From: a virus
IMG/VR virus record: IMGVR_UViG_3300030117_004272
Span: 1-64,000 of that record
Strand: one strand, 5' to 3'
Length of the DNA stretch: 64,000 bases
This document shows, piece by piece, positions 29,155 through 38,469 of this stretch (positions are counted from its first letter, which is position 1; the number at the start of each line of letters is the position of its first letter). A program made the position numbers and the translations under genes. The notes below the pieces were generated by a model, which saw nothing but the letters and a program-made list of their open reading frames with translations, was not told where the DNA came from and did no database searches.

Positions 29155-29745
29155 CTATTGAGCAGGAACACAATCAGCATAATTAGCGGCATTAACAATG
29201 TTAGCTAAAACAACAAATTGACCTGCTGTGAGTTCGTTGTTGTTAACTCCCGCAGGGTTGAATGTGACTCTTAAAGTATGACCAGCGGTTGGGAGATTAA
29301 ATCCTCCGATTACATCAGCTTCTCCATCAATCAGAGCACCAGTGTTATCAACAAAACCTACTGTTCTTACGTCAGTATTTGTTACAAAACCATCTGGATC
29401 AGCACTTTCAGAGCCTACAGCTACTACACATCCAGATAAAGAGCCACCAGCACCGTCGTCTCCAGTAAAGGCTTTAGTAGTTACTAACCGAACTAGGTTA
29501 ATTTTATCCCCTACTACAAATGTATATAGATCAAAGGTGATAGCATTTTCGGTAGAGTCAGCAGCTAATGTAGCATTATCAAAGTTAAACAACCATGCAT
29601 GAGAAAAACCTTCTCTAATGAGAGCTGCTGGTACTTGTTGGATTAAACTACTCCCACCAGAATCTTTGTTGGATATAAGGAGGGCATCGTTTCCCGCAAC
29701 AGCAGAATTAGTTTGTAGAGTTGTTGTATCATCTAAAGTTGGCAT
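29155..29745 (-). CDS. Putative capsid decoration / minor capsid protein
   Basis: Immediately downstream of the major capsid gene; beta-rich. Confidence 0.55.
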   Translation of the reverse strand: MPTLDDTTTLQTNSAVAGNDALLISNKDSGGSSLIQQVPAALIREGFSHAWLFNFDNATLAADSTENAITFDLYTFVVGDKINLVRLVTTKAFTGDDGAGGSLSGCVVAVGSESADPDGFVTNTDVRTVGFVDNTGALIDGEADVIGGFNLPTAGHTLRVTFNPAGVNNNELTAGQFVVLANIVNAANYADCVPAQ

Positions 29746-29773
29746 AATTTTTAATATTTAGAATTAATATTAT

Positions 29774-29801
29774 GTGGGGTTCCTTTTTACGGGAACCCCA
29801 C
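29774..29801 (-). terminator. Hairpin after the major capsid gene
   Basis: GTGGGGTTCC-8 nt-GGAACCCCAC; weak U tract. Confidence 0.6.
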
Positions 29802-29808
29802 TTTAGAA

Positions 29809-31131
29809 TTAAGCAGCAGGTGTACTTGAGTCCCTCTTGAAGAGAATCATGAATCCGAAGTCTGTCTTGATCGGCTTAGAAGCAGATGCAAGGATACCTC
29901 TGAAGAATCCAGTCTCACTGTCAGGGTTAATGACAGCATCAGGAATGTTCAACCACTTGAATTCACCTTTGTAGTCATTAGCGTTGAAGTTAACACCACT
30001 ACCAACTGAGCTTAACGGCTGTGGAATCTGTGACTCCATTACGTCAGGATGCAAAATAAATGCAGCCTCGTAAGAAGCAGAATCGTAACTAGCGTTATAA
30101 GTAGTTACACCACTCGCTACTGTATAAGGAAGTACTCGTGTAAACTGATCAGTACTTGCCAAAGAGAACCTTGGAGCAAGATCGTCAACTAAGTGGTAGA
30201 AACCTCTGAAAGATTTCTCAATTCCTAATGGAGCAATAAGATCACTTACTGCTGCATTGTTGTAACGAACGTCATCACGGAAACCTGCTTCAGTCTGAAG
30301 CTGATAGGATGCCTCAGATGAAAGGACAAGTCCAAATACTGGACGACCATTCTCACGACCGTAAGCGTTAGTACCTGCACCTCTACGGATCAAGTTGTAG
30401 TAACACTTATCAAGAATTGCATTTGAAATATTAGCATCAGGAACGCCAGCAACTCCTGCAGTACTAAGGTCAAGAGCTCCTGAAGTGATACCGTCTCCTT
30501 CAAAGGTTCCGTCCTGTCCGTCAATAGCGGTTCCAGAAGCCTTACATCCAACATATGCGTCAGATAGTTTAGCATACTCATCACGATAACGATTCTCCCA
30601 AGTGTAGCGGGTAGCTTCAGTAAGAAGATCCATGATCGCACGAAGTTGTTCTCCACGGTGAGCAGCAAAACGCATGTCGTTTAGAGATATGCGTGGTGAC
30701 TCAATAGCAGCTCTTGAGAGCTGGTACTGCTTGAGCTTTTTACCGAAGTGTACAAATGATGTACCTGCAGCAACACTAGGCCCAACTTCAGTAGCCATTG
30801 TGTCTCCACCAACCGCAGGTTGGTCAAGCGTAGATGTTCCAAAGGCAGTGCCACCACTTTCAGATGCAGCGACGTTAGTCCAGTCAGCTCCGACTTGGCC
30901 TGTAGCACTACTACCACCTGCAGTAGATACTGGAATGGCTCTGTCGTAAACTAGAGTTGTTAAGAATCCACCAGACTGATCTGGGAATGTTGTTTGTCTA
31001 ATAAGATCCATCCAAGGACTTGTATGGATAGTCTGTCTGTGTATGTCTGCACCAATGCGGTTAGCCTCTTCAGCGAGAACAGTCTCGATGACAGCAGTAC
31101 CGTCGGTAGCAGGGTTAAATGTATGTCCCAT
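29809..31131 (-). CDS. Major capsid protein
   Basis: 440 aa, downstream of portal and scaffold, with a long leader and a following hairpin; composition typical of a coat protein. Confidence 0.75.
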   Translation of the reverse strand: MGHTFNPATDGTAVIETVLAEEANRIGADIHRQTIHTSPWMDLIRQTTFPDQSGGFLTTLVYDRAIPVSTAGGSSATGQVGADWTNVAASESGGTAFGTSTLDQPAVGGDTMATEVGPSVAAGTSFVHFGKKLKQYQLSRAAIESPRISLNDMRFAAHRGEQLRAIMDLLTEATRYTWENRYRDEYAKLSDAYVGCKASGTAIDGQDGTFEGDGITSGALDLSTAGVAGVPDANISNAILDKCYYNLIRRGAGTNAYGRENGRPVFGLVLSSEASYQLQTEAGFRDDVRYNNAAVSDLIAPLGIEKSFRGFYHLVDDLAPRFSLASTDQFTRVLPYTVASGVTTYNASYDSASYEAAFILHPDVMESQIPQPLSSVGSGVNFNANDYKGEFKWLNIPDAVINPDSETGFFRGILASASKPIKTDFGFMILFKRDSSTPAA

Positions 31132-31230
31132 TGTATTAAATTAGTTAATAAAATTATAAGTTAAGGCAGACCACTCCCCTTTAGAAGGCGAAGCAATCTA
31201 GTTTCAATATCGTATAACCTTGCTTAATTA

Positions 31231-31329
31231 GAACTAATTGGGAAAGGCTAGAGCAACCCACAAGATTTATGTCTAAGAGACTCAGCTCTGATCACATGCA
31301 GACTGAACTAATTAATGGCTAGAGCAACC
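31231..31329 (-). promoter_or_regulatory. Duplicated bipartite motif in the capsid gene leader
   Basis: GAACTAATT-N3/6-GGCTAGAGCAACC at 31231-31258 and 31305-31329. Confidence 0.55.
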
Positions 31330-31385
31330 TATCTGAATGCGATAGGTAAAAATAAATTTATTCTTATAGAAAGTCAATAAGAGAA

Positions 31386-31838
31386 TTATCTTCTTGGAGG
31401 AGGTATTCTTTCATAAAGTTTACCTTTTTTTAGTTCTTTTCTTTCTTCCTCCGAAAGAACAGGAGGAATATTAAATTCTTTATCCATTGTGAAATCTGTT
31501 TTGTTTGCTAAAGAGTCGTTGGTTTTGTTTATTGGAGTAGTCTTTTCTTTTGTGACTTCTTCTACGACAGGTTTCTTTTTTACTGGAGCTTTCTTTTTTA
31601 CTGGAACTTTCTTTTTTGCTACAGGTTCTTTTTTTGCTACAGGTTCCTTTTTTGTTGGAACTTTCTTTTTCACTTCATCTTTTGGGAAAAGATCATTAGA
31701 TAATTGTTCTTTCTCTTCTTTTTTCTTTTTGAGACGAGACATAGCGCCCCCTCTAGTTCTTTTAGAAGGACTTCCTGAACCACCGAAACGTGGTCTTCTG
31801 CTTTTTGGTCTTGCTTTAAATTTAAATCTTAATGCCAT
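31386..31838 (-). CDS. Lys/Arg-rich low-complexity protein with KKxPVx repeats
   Basis: Tandem KKVPT/KKEPVA/KKVPV/KKAPV, histone H1-like. Confidence 0.6.
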   Translation of the reverse strand: MALRFKFKARPKSRRPRFGGSGSPSKRTRGGAMSRLKKKKEEKEQLSNDLFPKDEVKKKVPTKKEPVAKKEPVAKKKVPVKKKAPVKKKPVVEEVTKEKTTPINKTNDSLANKTDFTMDKEFNIPPVLSEEERKELKKGKLYERIPPPRR

Positions 31839-31889
31839 AATATGTAATGTTTACATAAAAATACATTAAGTAATTTTAAAAGCAACCCG

Positions 31890-32084
31890 CTAATCTTCTT
31901 GTATATCTAATCCTATACAAAACTTAGGAGGTAGTACTGCAGCTTTAACATCTACAGCAACTCTAACAGCAGGATCAGTGAAAGGGACGGGAAGTCCGAC
32001 TTTTGCATCTGTAGTTTCACATGATATATTACACACAGCTATTAAAGCTAAACCTAATAAACAAAGTAAATTCTTGTAATTCAT
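31890..32084 (-). CDS. Small lipoprotein
   Basis: Signal peptide with lipobox-like NIS-C. Confidence 0.55.
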   Translation of the reverse strand: MNYKNLLCLLGLALIAVCNISCETTDAKVGLPVPFTDPAVRVAVDVKAAVLPPKFCIGLDIQED

Positions 32085-32135
32085 AGCTTATAATATGCAC
32101 GTATTACAAAGTATAACCAGAAAAAAATTTAACTA

Positions 32136-32429
32136 ATGGCTAAAGCTAGATTCAAAAGGCTCCCTTCAGGGAAAATTAAGTATCATGGAGAACTATTTGC
32201 AGGTTTTAATAAACCTAAAGCTGCGCCTAAAGGCAGTAAAAAGAAGTTTGTTGTTTTAGGTAAACAAGGGGATAAAGTTAAAAAAGTCGGTTTTGGGCAT
32301 AGAGACTATCAAGATTTTAGGCAACATAAGAATCCTAAAAGACGTAAGAACTTCAGAGCTAGGCATAACTGCAAGACTGCGAAAGATAAAACAACAGCTC
32401 GTTATTGGGCTTGTAAGAAACTTTGGTAA
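32136..32429 (+). CDS. Small basic protein (widespread viral family)
   Basis: KKFVVL...VGFG...RRKNFRARHNC...ARYWAC..LW. Confidence 0.7.
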   Translation: MAKARFKRLPSGKIKYHGELFAGFNKPKAAPKGSKKKFVVLGKQGDKVKKVGFGHRDYQDFRQHKNPKRRKNFRARHNCKTAKDKTTARYWACKKLW

Positions 32430-32620
32430 TGAAAAAAAGAAAGGCTAAAAAGAAATCAAGAGTCAACGAAGCAGGTAATTATACAAAACCTTCTTTACGT
32501 AAAAGACTATTTGAACAGATAAAAGCAGGTACTAAGGGCGGTCGTGCAGGTCAATGGTCAGCAAGAAAGGCTCAGTTGCTTGCTGTAAAATATAAAAAAG
32601 CTGGAGGTGGTTATAAATAA
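32423..32620 (+). CDS. Small basic protein (DUF5872-like)
   Basis: NYTKPSLR...GG.AGQWSARKAQLLA..YKKAGGGY; probable start 32429. Confidence 0.7.
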   Translation: MVMKKRKAKKKSRVNEAGNYTKPSLRKRLFEQIKAGTKGGRAGQWSARKAQLLAVKYKKAGGGYK

Positions 32621-32889
32621 TGCCTTTAAAAAAACCACAGAAAAGCCTTAAAAGGTGGACAAAACAGAAATGGCGTACTAAATCTGGTAAGAAGTCTTCT
32701 GAAACAGGAGAGCGGTATCTTCCTGAAAAAGCAATTAAATCACTATCGGCTGCTCAATATGCGGCAGGAACTAAAAGGAAAAGAAAAGCAACTGCTGCAG
32801 GTAAGCAGAGAGCTAAATATACTAAAGCTGAACGAGCTGCTTTTCTAAAAGCTGCTTACAAAAAGAAAAAAAGGAAAAAGAAAAAATGA
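32620..32889 (+). CDS. Small basic protein
   Basis: QKSLKRWTKQKWRTKSGK.S.ETGERYLPEKAI. Confidence 0.7.
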   Translation: MPLKKPQKSLKRWTKQKWRTKSGKKSSETGERYLPEKAIKSLSAAQYAAGTKRKRKATAAGKQRAKYTKAERAAFLKAAYKKKKRKKKK

Positions 32890-33065
32890 AAAAGGACTTT
32901 AAACCACACATGATGTATGACCCTAAGACTGGTAAAGGAGTCAAGGCTAGTACGTACAAGAAGCACCTTGAGCTGAAAAAGAAAGGGTATACTCATACGA
33001 AACCTAAAAAGAAACGTAAGTCTTTTGCTGAAGCTGTAGAGTCTAGAATGAAAAGCGGTTACTAA
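32886..33065 (+). CDS. Small basic protein (59 aa)
   Basis: Hand translation MKKDFKPHMMYDPKTGKGVKASTYKKHLELKKKGYTHTKPKKKRKSFAEAVESRMKSGY; ATGA overlap with the previous gene. Confidence 0.65.
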   Translation: MKKDFKPHMMYDPKTGKGVKASTYKKHLELKKKGYTHTKPKKKRKSFAEAVESRMKSGY

Positions 33066-34246
33066 GAACCACTTAGTGCTGCTTCTATAGACTCTGCAAA
33101 ACTTAGTCCTGAACTTCTTGGGCTAGTAGAATCTGCTTTCGGAGATCCTGACATCGTAGGTTCAGCCTCTTCATATGTTGCTAACTGATCAGTTAAGCTC
33201 TCCGCTTCTTTACGGGTTCTTATGTACTGCTCAACAATAACAGGAAGTAACTTAGCAGCTACAGCATTGTAAGCGAAATCCACTGGATGTAGTGTTTCAG
33301 GATTGATTTCGGAAACACTTTCCCTTACCTCGTTCATATCAAAACCATCTACCCCACTAAGGAAAGGTAGTTTCTCAGATACTCTTTCAGCCACGTTCTT
33401 AGTAACTACACTTCTAATACGTGCTTCTTCTGCGAGTTCCTGATTGTACTGTTGCTCCTCAAGAGCTTTAGCTTCCTCAAGAGCTTCTTCTGCATTCTGC
33501 ATTAAGTGGTTACGACGATCTAGTATCGGGTCAATCTTATCTATAATGTTGTATATACGGGCTTTATCTCTGTCTGTAGCATTAGGCAATAACTCCATAA
33601 GTGCCTGATCCTGTGCATCAGCTTCATCTAAAGATAGTGCGTCAATCAATGCGTCAGGGTCTATCTCGTATTTGTCAGCTATTTCACTAGCCTGTGTAAC
33701 AACTTCCTGTAAAGGCTGTGTTACTGCTTCATTGTACGCATCAGTAGACTCAAGATCGTTGATCACTTTCTCTTGTTCGTAAATAGAAATACGATCCTGT
33801 AGTTGGTCAATATCTCTGTTTTCTACTAAACCAGACATCTCTTTGATCTTTTGCTCCTGATCAGCGACGAGTTGTCTTAATTTTTCAGACTCAGATTGAT
33901 TCGTTTTTAACTCATCCTTTAACTGTTTGAACCTATTAGCTGCTTTAGGTGTCCAGTCATCACCAACATCATCACTTAAATCTTCTATAGGTTCTACAGA
34001 TTCAGGCTCTTGAGAGACTTCTTCAACAGCTTCAGGGGCTTCCTCAACAACAGCTTCTGGTGTTGGTTCAGGCGCTGGTTCTGGTGTTGGGTTACTAAGG
34101 TTATTTAAAGCCGCTTCAAGGGCATCAGTGAAGCTCGGAGCCTCTTCTGGCTGTGTCACTGCAGGAATATTCTCTACAGCGTTTTCTGGGGCAATTTCGG
34201 GTGTCTCTTGAGCGGGTGTTTCTGCTACGGCTGTATGTGCGTCCAT
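33062..34246 (-). CDS. Capsid scaffolding protein
   Basis: Acidic Pro/Glu-rich N-terminus, coiled coil, short C-terminal helix; lies between portal and capsid genes. Confidence 0.7.
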   Translation of the reverse strand: MDAHTAVAETPAQETPEIAPENAVENIPAVTQPEEAPSFTDALEAALNNLSNPTPEPAPEPTPEAVVEEAPEAVEEVSQEPESVEPIEDLSDDVGDDWTPKAANRFKQLKDELKTNQSESEKLRQLVADQEQKIKEMSGLVENRDIDQLQDRISIYEQEKVINDLESTDAYNEAVTQPLQEVVTQASEIADKYEIDPDALIDALSLDEADAQDQALMELLPNATDRDKARIYNIIDKIDPILDRRNHLMQNAEEALEEAKALEEQQYNQELAEEARIRSVVTKNVAERVSEKLPFLSGVDGFDMNEVRESVSEINPETLHPVDFAYNAVAAKLLPVIVEQYIRTRKEAESLTDQLATYEEAEPTMSGSPKADSTSPRSSGLSFAESIEAALSGS

Positions 34247-34518
34247 TCTTCAGGTCTGTTTGGTTTATCTGGTTGTATAACGGTTAGTTTTCGTAAATCT
34301 CTAAAAGCATCACAATAGCCAGCATAGTAGGCAAGCCTTGTTGCGTTGACAGAACCATCGGGGGTGATGCTGCCGAAAGTTGGAGAGGCTGCTTCTTTAA
34401 GCGTCGCTGCTGCCTCTTCGTGTATCGGATCTTCCACGATTTTTCGCAAGGCAGTGACTCTTTTGACATCTTTTCGAAACCTATCAACGGGGATAGGAAT
34501 ATATTGTTTCTTTGACAT
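34225..34518 (-). CDS. Hypothetical head-module protein
   Basis: 97-aa ORF between portal and scaffold. Confidence 0.6.
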   Translation of the reverse strand: MSKKQYIPIPVDRFRKDVKRVTALRKIVEDPIHEEAAATLKEAASPTFGSITPDGSVNATRLAYYAGYCDAFRDLRKLTVIQPDKPNRPEEWTHIQP

Positions 34519-34523
34519 TTATG

Positions 34524-36755
34524 CTAGTTTTCACGGAGCTTTGCTACTGTTTTTGCATCTTCTATGGCTTGCTCCTGCTGGAACTTAGCTTGTTTTAGCT
34601 CCATGTCTAGTTCTGCTTTTTGTCTCGCCATTTCTAGTTTCATCTGGTGTTCCTGCATCTTCATCTGCAATGTTGGGTCTTCCCTTGTTTGTCCTTCAGC
34701 TTGTAGCTGCTGTTCCATTGCTTCACGCTGCATCTTCTGCACCTGCTTAGAAGTATTATTTATCATCTCCTCTGCGAAGTTCAAGACTTGTTTTGCTGAA
34801 CTTATCAAAGGGCCAGCATTAGGGTCAGCCGCTATAAACTGAACTGTTTCAGCTATATGCTGATAAAAGACTTGTAGTGCGGGTAAAGATTGTACAGGGT
34901 CAGCAACACCTTGATTCAACTCTTCGATTAATTTACTGAGTTCTGGGATATGAATTGACAAGTGTACACTGTGCAATTCTTCATCCATAACCATAACAGG
35001 CTTACCTTCTTTTAGCTCATTGTTCTCAAACATGGCTATCTTGTTATGGTAAGTTCCTCTAGGCTCTTCTTGCTGCGGTGCATAACGGTCAGCTAAATCA
35101 TGACCCACTCTAGTTGATACAATGTCACGAGTCAGGTTACGCCTACCTACATCATCAAATGAACCACTGATCGCTTGCAATTCTTTAAGAGCAACCAATC
35201 TGTTAGCATATGAACCATTTCCGATTGAACGGACAGCTTTGGTTCTCATGGTATCGAGTGAACGGATAAATGACTCTGGTACACCTCTCATTGCACATCG
35301 ATCATAGAAGTCTTTCAACATGCCATCAGGCTTCTTCGTTGTTATGATACGTCTGACAACTTCTCGTAGTAAACGATTCCATGATGCATAGAACAGATTC
35401 AATGATGCACCTGACAATCTGGTTTGTACATCCATGTCAGCAACAACCTGCATCTGGTTTCTGTATGGTGAACTCTGCTGTGGCCCGTATGTACTTACGG
35501 TGTCAGTGTTCAATGCGAGTTGATTTGAGATATCAGTCAGTGCGGGCTGCACTGCAGTACTTAGATTAGGTACAGCTTTCTCGATTATATTTACATTCGG
35601 GGAGAGTACGGCATATGCTCCGTAGTAAGTGAACCCTAATTCATCTAGCGCCCTCTGGTTCTCTGGTTGGATCATAACTGCCGACCCTAACATTGCGCCA
35701 TCTATCATTTGGCATCGCAGCCTATTACTTGTTTGTATATGGTTGAATATACGATGGCCCAACCCCCGAATGGAATGGTATGTACCATTCGATCCTACAC
35801 CATACGTAAACATTACGTATGCATGCTCTGGCCTCTCGTAACGAGAAATCTTTTTATATAAAAAGTTTTTAGGATCTTTCTCACTACATATGTAATGCGA
35901 AATAGATCCATCCATCTCCCTCACCCAAAAATGTAATACAGATATAGTAGGATTTTGATGCCCCGCATAAATGTCATTATTTTTCATTTCTGACTGTAGT
36001 GATTCCCAATCACTGTAAGTCGTGTTCTTGCTACGACCACTGGTCTTAGCACATTTCATGATGACACGCTTCATCTCTTTAACATCCCAACCAACTTGTG
36101 TAGCCGCCTTCTCGTTTTTAATGAAAGCGTAAAGTTCGTGTAGATGGTATTCTCGACGACCCACCGCAACATCGATCATGTTCTCTGACGATGGTGTTTG
36201 ACGAGGGATCAGGATGTCGGCAAAACCGCCCACTCTAAATTTCCAATCGTCAGGTGTGTCGAAGTAAGCGACAGCTACTCCGTGTTTAATGAACGTGGTA
36301 CATAAGCGGAGGTAGTGTGAATGAAACTCAGGCCAGCATCGAAGTAAATGAGTAATCTCCTCAGATACAATATCTTCGAGCTGCATAACTTCAGAGGCAT
36401 TACCTTTAGATGACTTAACCTCTACGAGTTTTTCTAATGAAGAATATAAGTCTACGTATGCGGATAGAGAAATATCGAGTAGCCGTTGGGCTTCTCCGAA
36501 GTTGAGATTTGTCTTTAGTCCCTGACCACTAGACGCAAGATGCGCTTGGTTGTACGGGTTGGCTCCGTCAAACATTGCGTCGATGCGAGCACGGTTAATT
36601 GATGATGCTTCGTCAGCCCCACGTAAACCGTTGAAGATGTTAAGTGCGCTCTTAACATCCTTTAGTCTACTTTTAACTGCTTTACCTTTTTCGTCTAAGC
36701 TCCCTAGTCCATCAAGGGCTTTGATAGCTGCATTGTCTTTGTACATGTATATCAA
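34524..36755 (-). CDS. Portal protein
   Basis: 743 aa, first gene of the head module, Q/M/E-rich coiled-coil C-terminus as in podovirus portals. Confidence 0.75.
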   Translation of the reverse strand: MIYMYKDNAAIKALDGLGSLDEKGKAVKSRLKDVKSALNIFNGLRGADEASSINRARIDAMFDGANPYNQAHLASSGQGLKTNLNFGEAQRLLDISLSAYVDLYSSLEKLVEVKSSKGNASEVMQLEDIVSEEITHLLRCWPEFHSHYLRLCTTFIKHGVAVAYFDTPDDWKFRVGGFADILIPRQTPSSENMIDVAVGRREYHLHELYAFIKNEKAATQVGWDVKEMKRVIMKCAKTSGRSKNTTYSDWESLQSEMKNNDIYAGHQNPTISVLHFWVREMDGSISHYICSEKDPKNFLYKKISRYERPEHAYVMFTYGVGSNGTYHSIRGLGHRIFNHIQTSNRLRCQMIDGAMLGSAVMIQPENQRALDELGFTYYGAYAVLSPNVNIIEKAVPNLSTAVQPALTDISNQLALNTDTVSTYGPQQSSPYRNQMQVVADMDVQTRLSGASLNLFYASWNRLLREVVRRIITTKKPDGMLKDFYDRCAMRGVPESFIRSLDTMRTKAVRSIGNGSYANRLVALKELQAISGSFDDVGRRNLTRDIVSTRVGHDLADRYAPQQEEPRGTYHNKIAMFENNELKEGKPVMVMDEELHSVHLSIHIPELSKLIEELNQGVADPVQSLPALQVFYQHIAETVQFIAADPNAGPLISSAKQVLNFAEEMINNTSKQVQKMQREAMEQQLQAEGQTREDPTLQMKMQEHQMKLEMARQKAELDMELKQAKFQQEQAIEDAKTVAKLREN

Positions 36756-36789
36756 ATAAAATAATTCTTTTTACTTGAAAAACAAATAC

Positions 36790-37275
36790 TTAATATCCCC
36801 ATGTGTCACGAACTAGATGTTCTACTTGGCGGGTTCTTCGTCGGCCATCTGCATGGTACACCGTTACATACCTTTTACCGTTATGTAACTTCTCACTAAG
36901 TAGATACCGCTGACCTGCTCGTGAGCCTCTCTTAGGGGGGTCAATACAGTAAACAGCCCCGTAGCTCGTAACAGCGTAACGAGGGAACTCTTCTATTGGT
37001 CGAGCTTGCAGTTTGGTCAGAACATCTTCTCGACTGAACTCTAGCTCCTTGTCTCCGAATATCTGGCGGGTGAGTTTTTCAGAATCTACAGTGTAGTTCT
37101 TACCGTCGTTCCCTCTAAGTTGGGTATACCACTTACCTGAACGGAAATTCATAGCGAGTTTCTTAGGCCCACGATATACGAATCCGCATTCATCAACTTC
37201 GTATTTTAAGGCTTGTGGTATTCTTTTACGTTTTAGTTTTATGTCTGTTATTTTGTACTTGGTTTGTGCTTCCAT
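36790..37275 (-). CDS. NUMOD4-like DNA-binding protein lacking an HNH domain
   Basis: Two repeats resembling NUMOD4 (IP...YEVDECGFVY; IEEFPRYAVTSYGAVY...YVTV...RTRQVEHLV). Confidence 0.55.
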   Translation of the reverse strand: MEAQTKYKITDIKLKRKRIPQALKYEVDECGFVYRGPKKLAMNFRSGKWYTQLRGNDGKNYTVDSEKLTRQIFGDKELEFSREDVLTKLQARPIEEFPRYAVTSYGAVYCIDPPKRGSRAGQRYLLSEKLHNGKRYVTVYHADGRRRTRQVEHLVRDTWGY

Positions 37276-37351
37276 AATGATGAGAAAAAAATTGACTTTA
37301 TAATGATTAATTAAACATAGCTAGTATAAAACTTTTTTATATTCTGAATGC

Positions 37352-37473
37352 AGTTTCATGCATTTTTTTGAACCTCTCTAAATACCTATTTTTACAGTAT
37401 AAAATAAAAATTGCATGAAACTGTATCTTTTTTTCATAATCTTTCATAACAATAATTCTAATTGCATGAAACT
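37352..37473. repeat. Three copies of TGCATGAAACT (one inverted) in AT-rich DNA
   Basis: 37352-37362 (reverse), 37412-37422, 37463-37473. Confidence 0.75.
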
Positions 37474-37623
37474 ACATACAGCTTTTTAAAAAAGTTTTCA
37501 ACTTACTTCTACACGTAAATTTAGTATTCATTATTATTTACTTTGACGATATGTTACCCCGCTCACGTAGCCGCACACTGAACTCCGAATCATGGATAAT
37601 GAACGGTAAATCGTGAGCGACTT

Positions 37624-37851
37624 TCATTTCCGCTCTTTAGCCTTACGACGGGCCATGATCCGCTCCTTATTCTTCTTGTAGTATTCTTTGTTGTAAGACC
37701 GCTCCTTGTCCATTCTATCGGGCTCGTTGGTCATTCTATCGACTCGATTTTTCTTGATTCGCTCCTTATTTAGCTCGTAGTAATCTCGCTGATACTTGAG
37801 CCTTTTTTCCTTGTTTTTCCTGTAATATTCCTGCTTTTTTATATTCGGCAT
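37624..37851 (-). CDS. Basic helical-repeat protein
   Basis: Repeated YYxxNKE[K/R] units like those preceding HNH/EndoVII nucleases, but with no nuclease domain. Confidence 0.55.
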   Translation of the reverse strand: MPNIKKQEYYRKNKEKRLKYQRDYYELNKERIKKNRVDRMTNEPDRMDKERSYNKEYYKKNKERIMARRKAKERK

Positions 37852-38469
37852 ACCCCTTTATATCGAGCGATAGATATTTAGTCAAATTTTTTCTTATACA
37901 CACATATATACGGGGCGGCTCGCAAAAAAAAACATCGGGGGTGGGGGGTGGCGTGGCGGTCAATTAGCTATGATCTATTGATAGTTAATCATTGTTTACT
38001 TTCCAGATTTGCTGATAATGGCACATTGTGAATTGCTAAACTCTGTTTAAAGTTTGGTGTTGCCATTGATCTGCTCAACTGAATAATGAACAATTCACGA
38101 TTATCAATTAACAACTAAGTTGTTATAATTACCATAATTATCTATACTCACTACAATATCCTCATAATGGCCCATAAATGGCTCATATGGCGTTACAAGC
38201 TGATATGGGGGTAATATACCTTATTTCATTTACGACGATATAACACTTTTCAAAAATTCTTGGAAAGTTGTTAGGATATTTTGTTGTTCTGCTAGTCTAA
38301 TTTTTAGATCCTTATGATGATTTATAGAAGATCATCATTATTTTCAATGTTCTCATAACTCATTAACCATTAACAACTTACAACTAACAACTAAATTGTT
38401 ATGATTAATTATGAAAAATAATGAAACATTTGCTTGTGTTATTTCATTTTTTAACTTATTGGTTAAGTG

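Noticed and set aside
31231-31329. preQ1 riboswitch (superficial GGTT..CTAG similarity)
   Set aside because: It lacks the closing P1 stem and A-rich 3' tail arrangement of preQ1-I.
37561-37619. Possible tRNA (GCTCACG...CGTGAGC stem)
   Set aside because: No T-loop GTTC or D-arm consensus and too short; no tRNA was recognised anywhere in the window.
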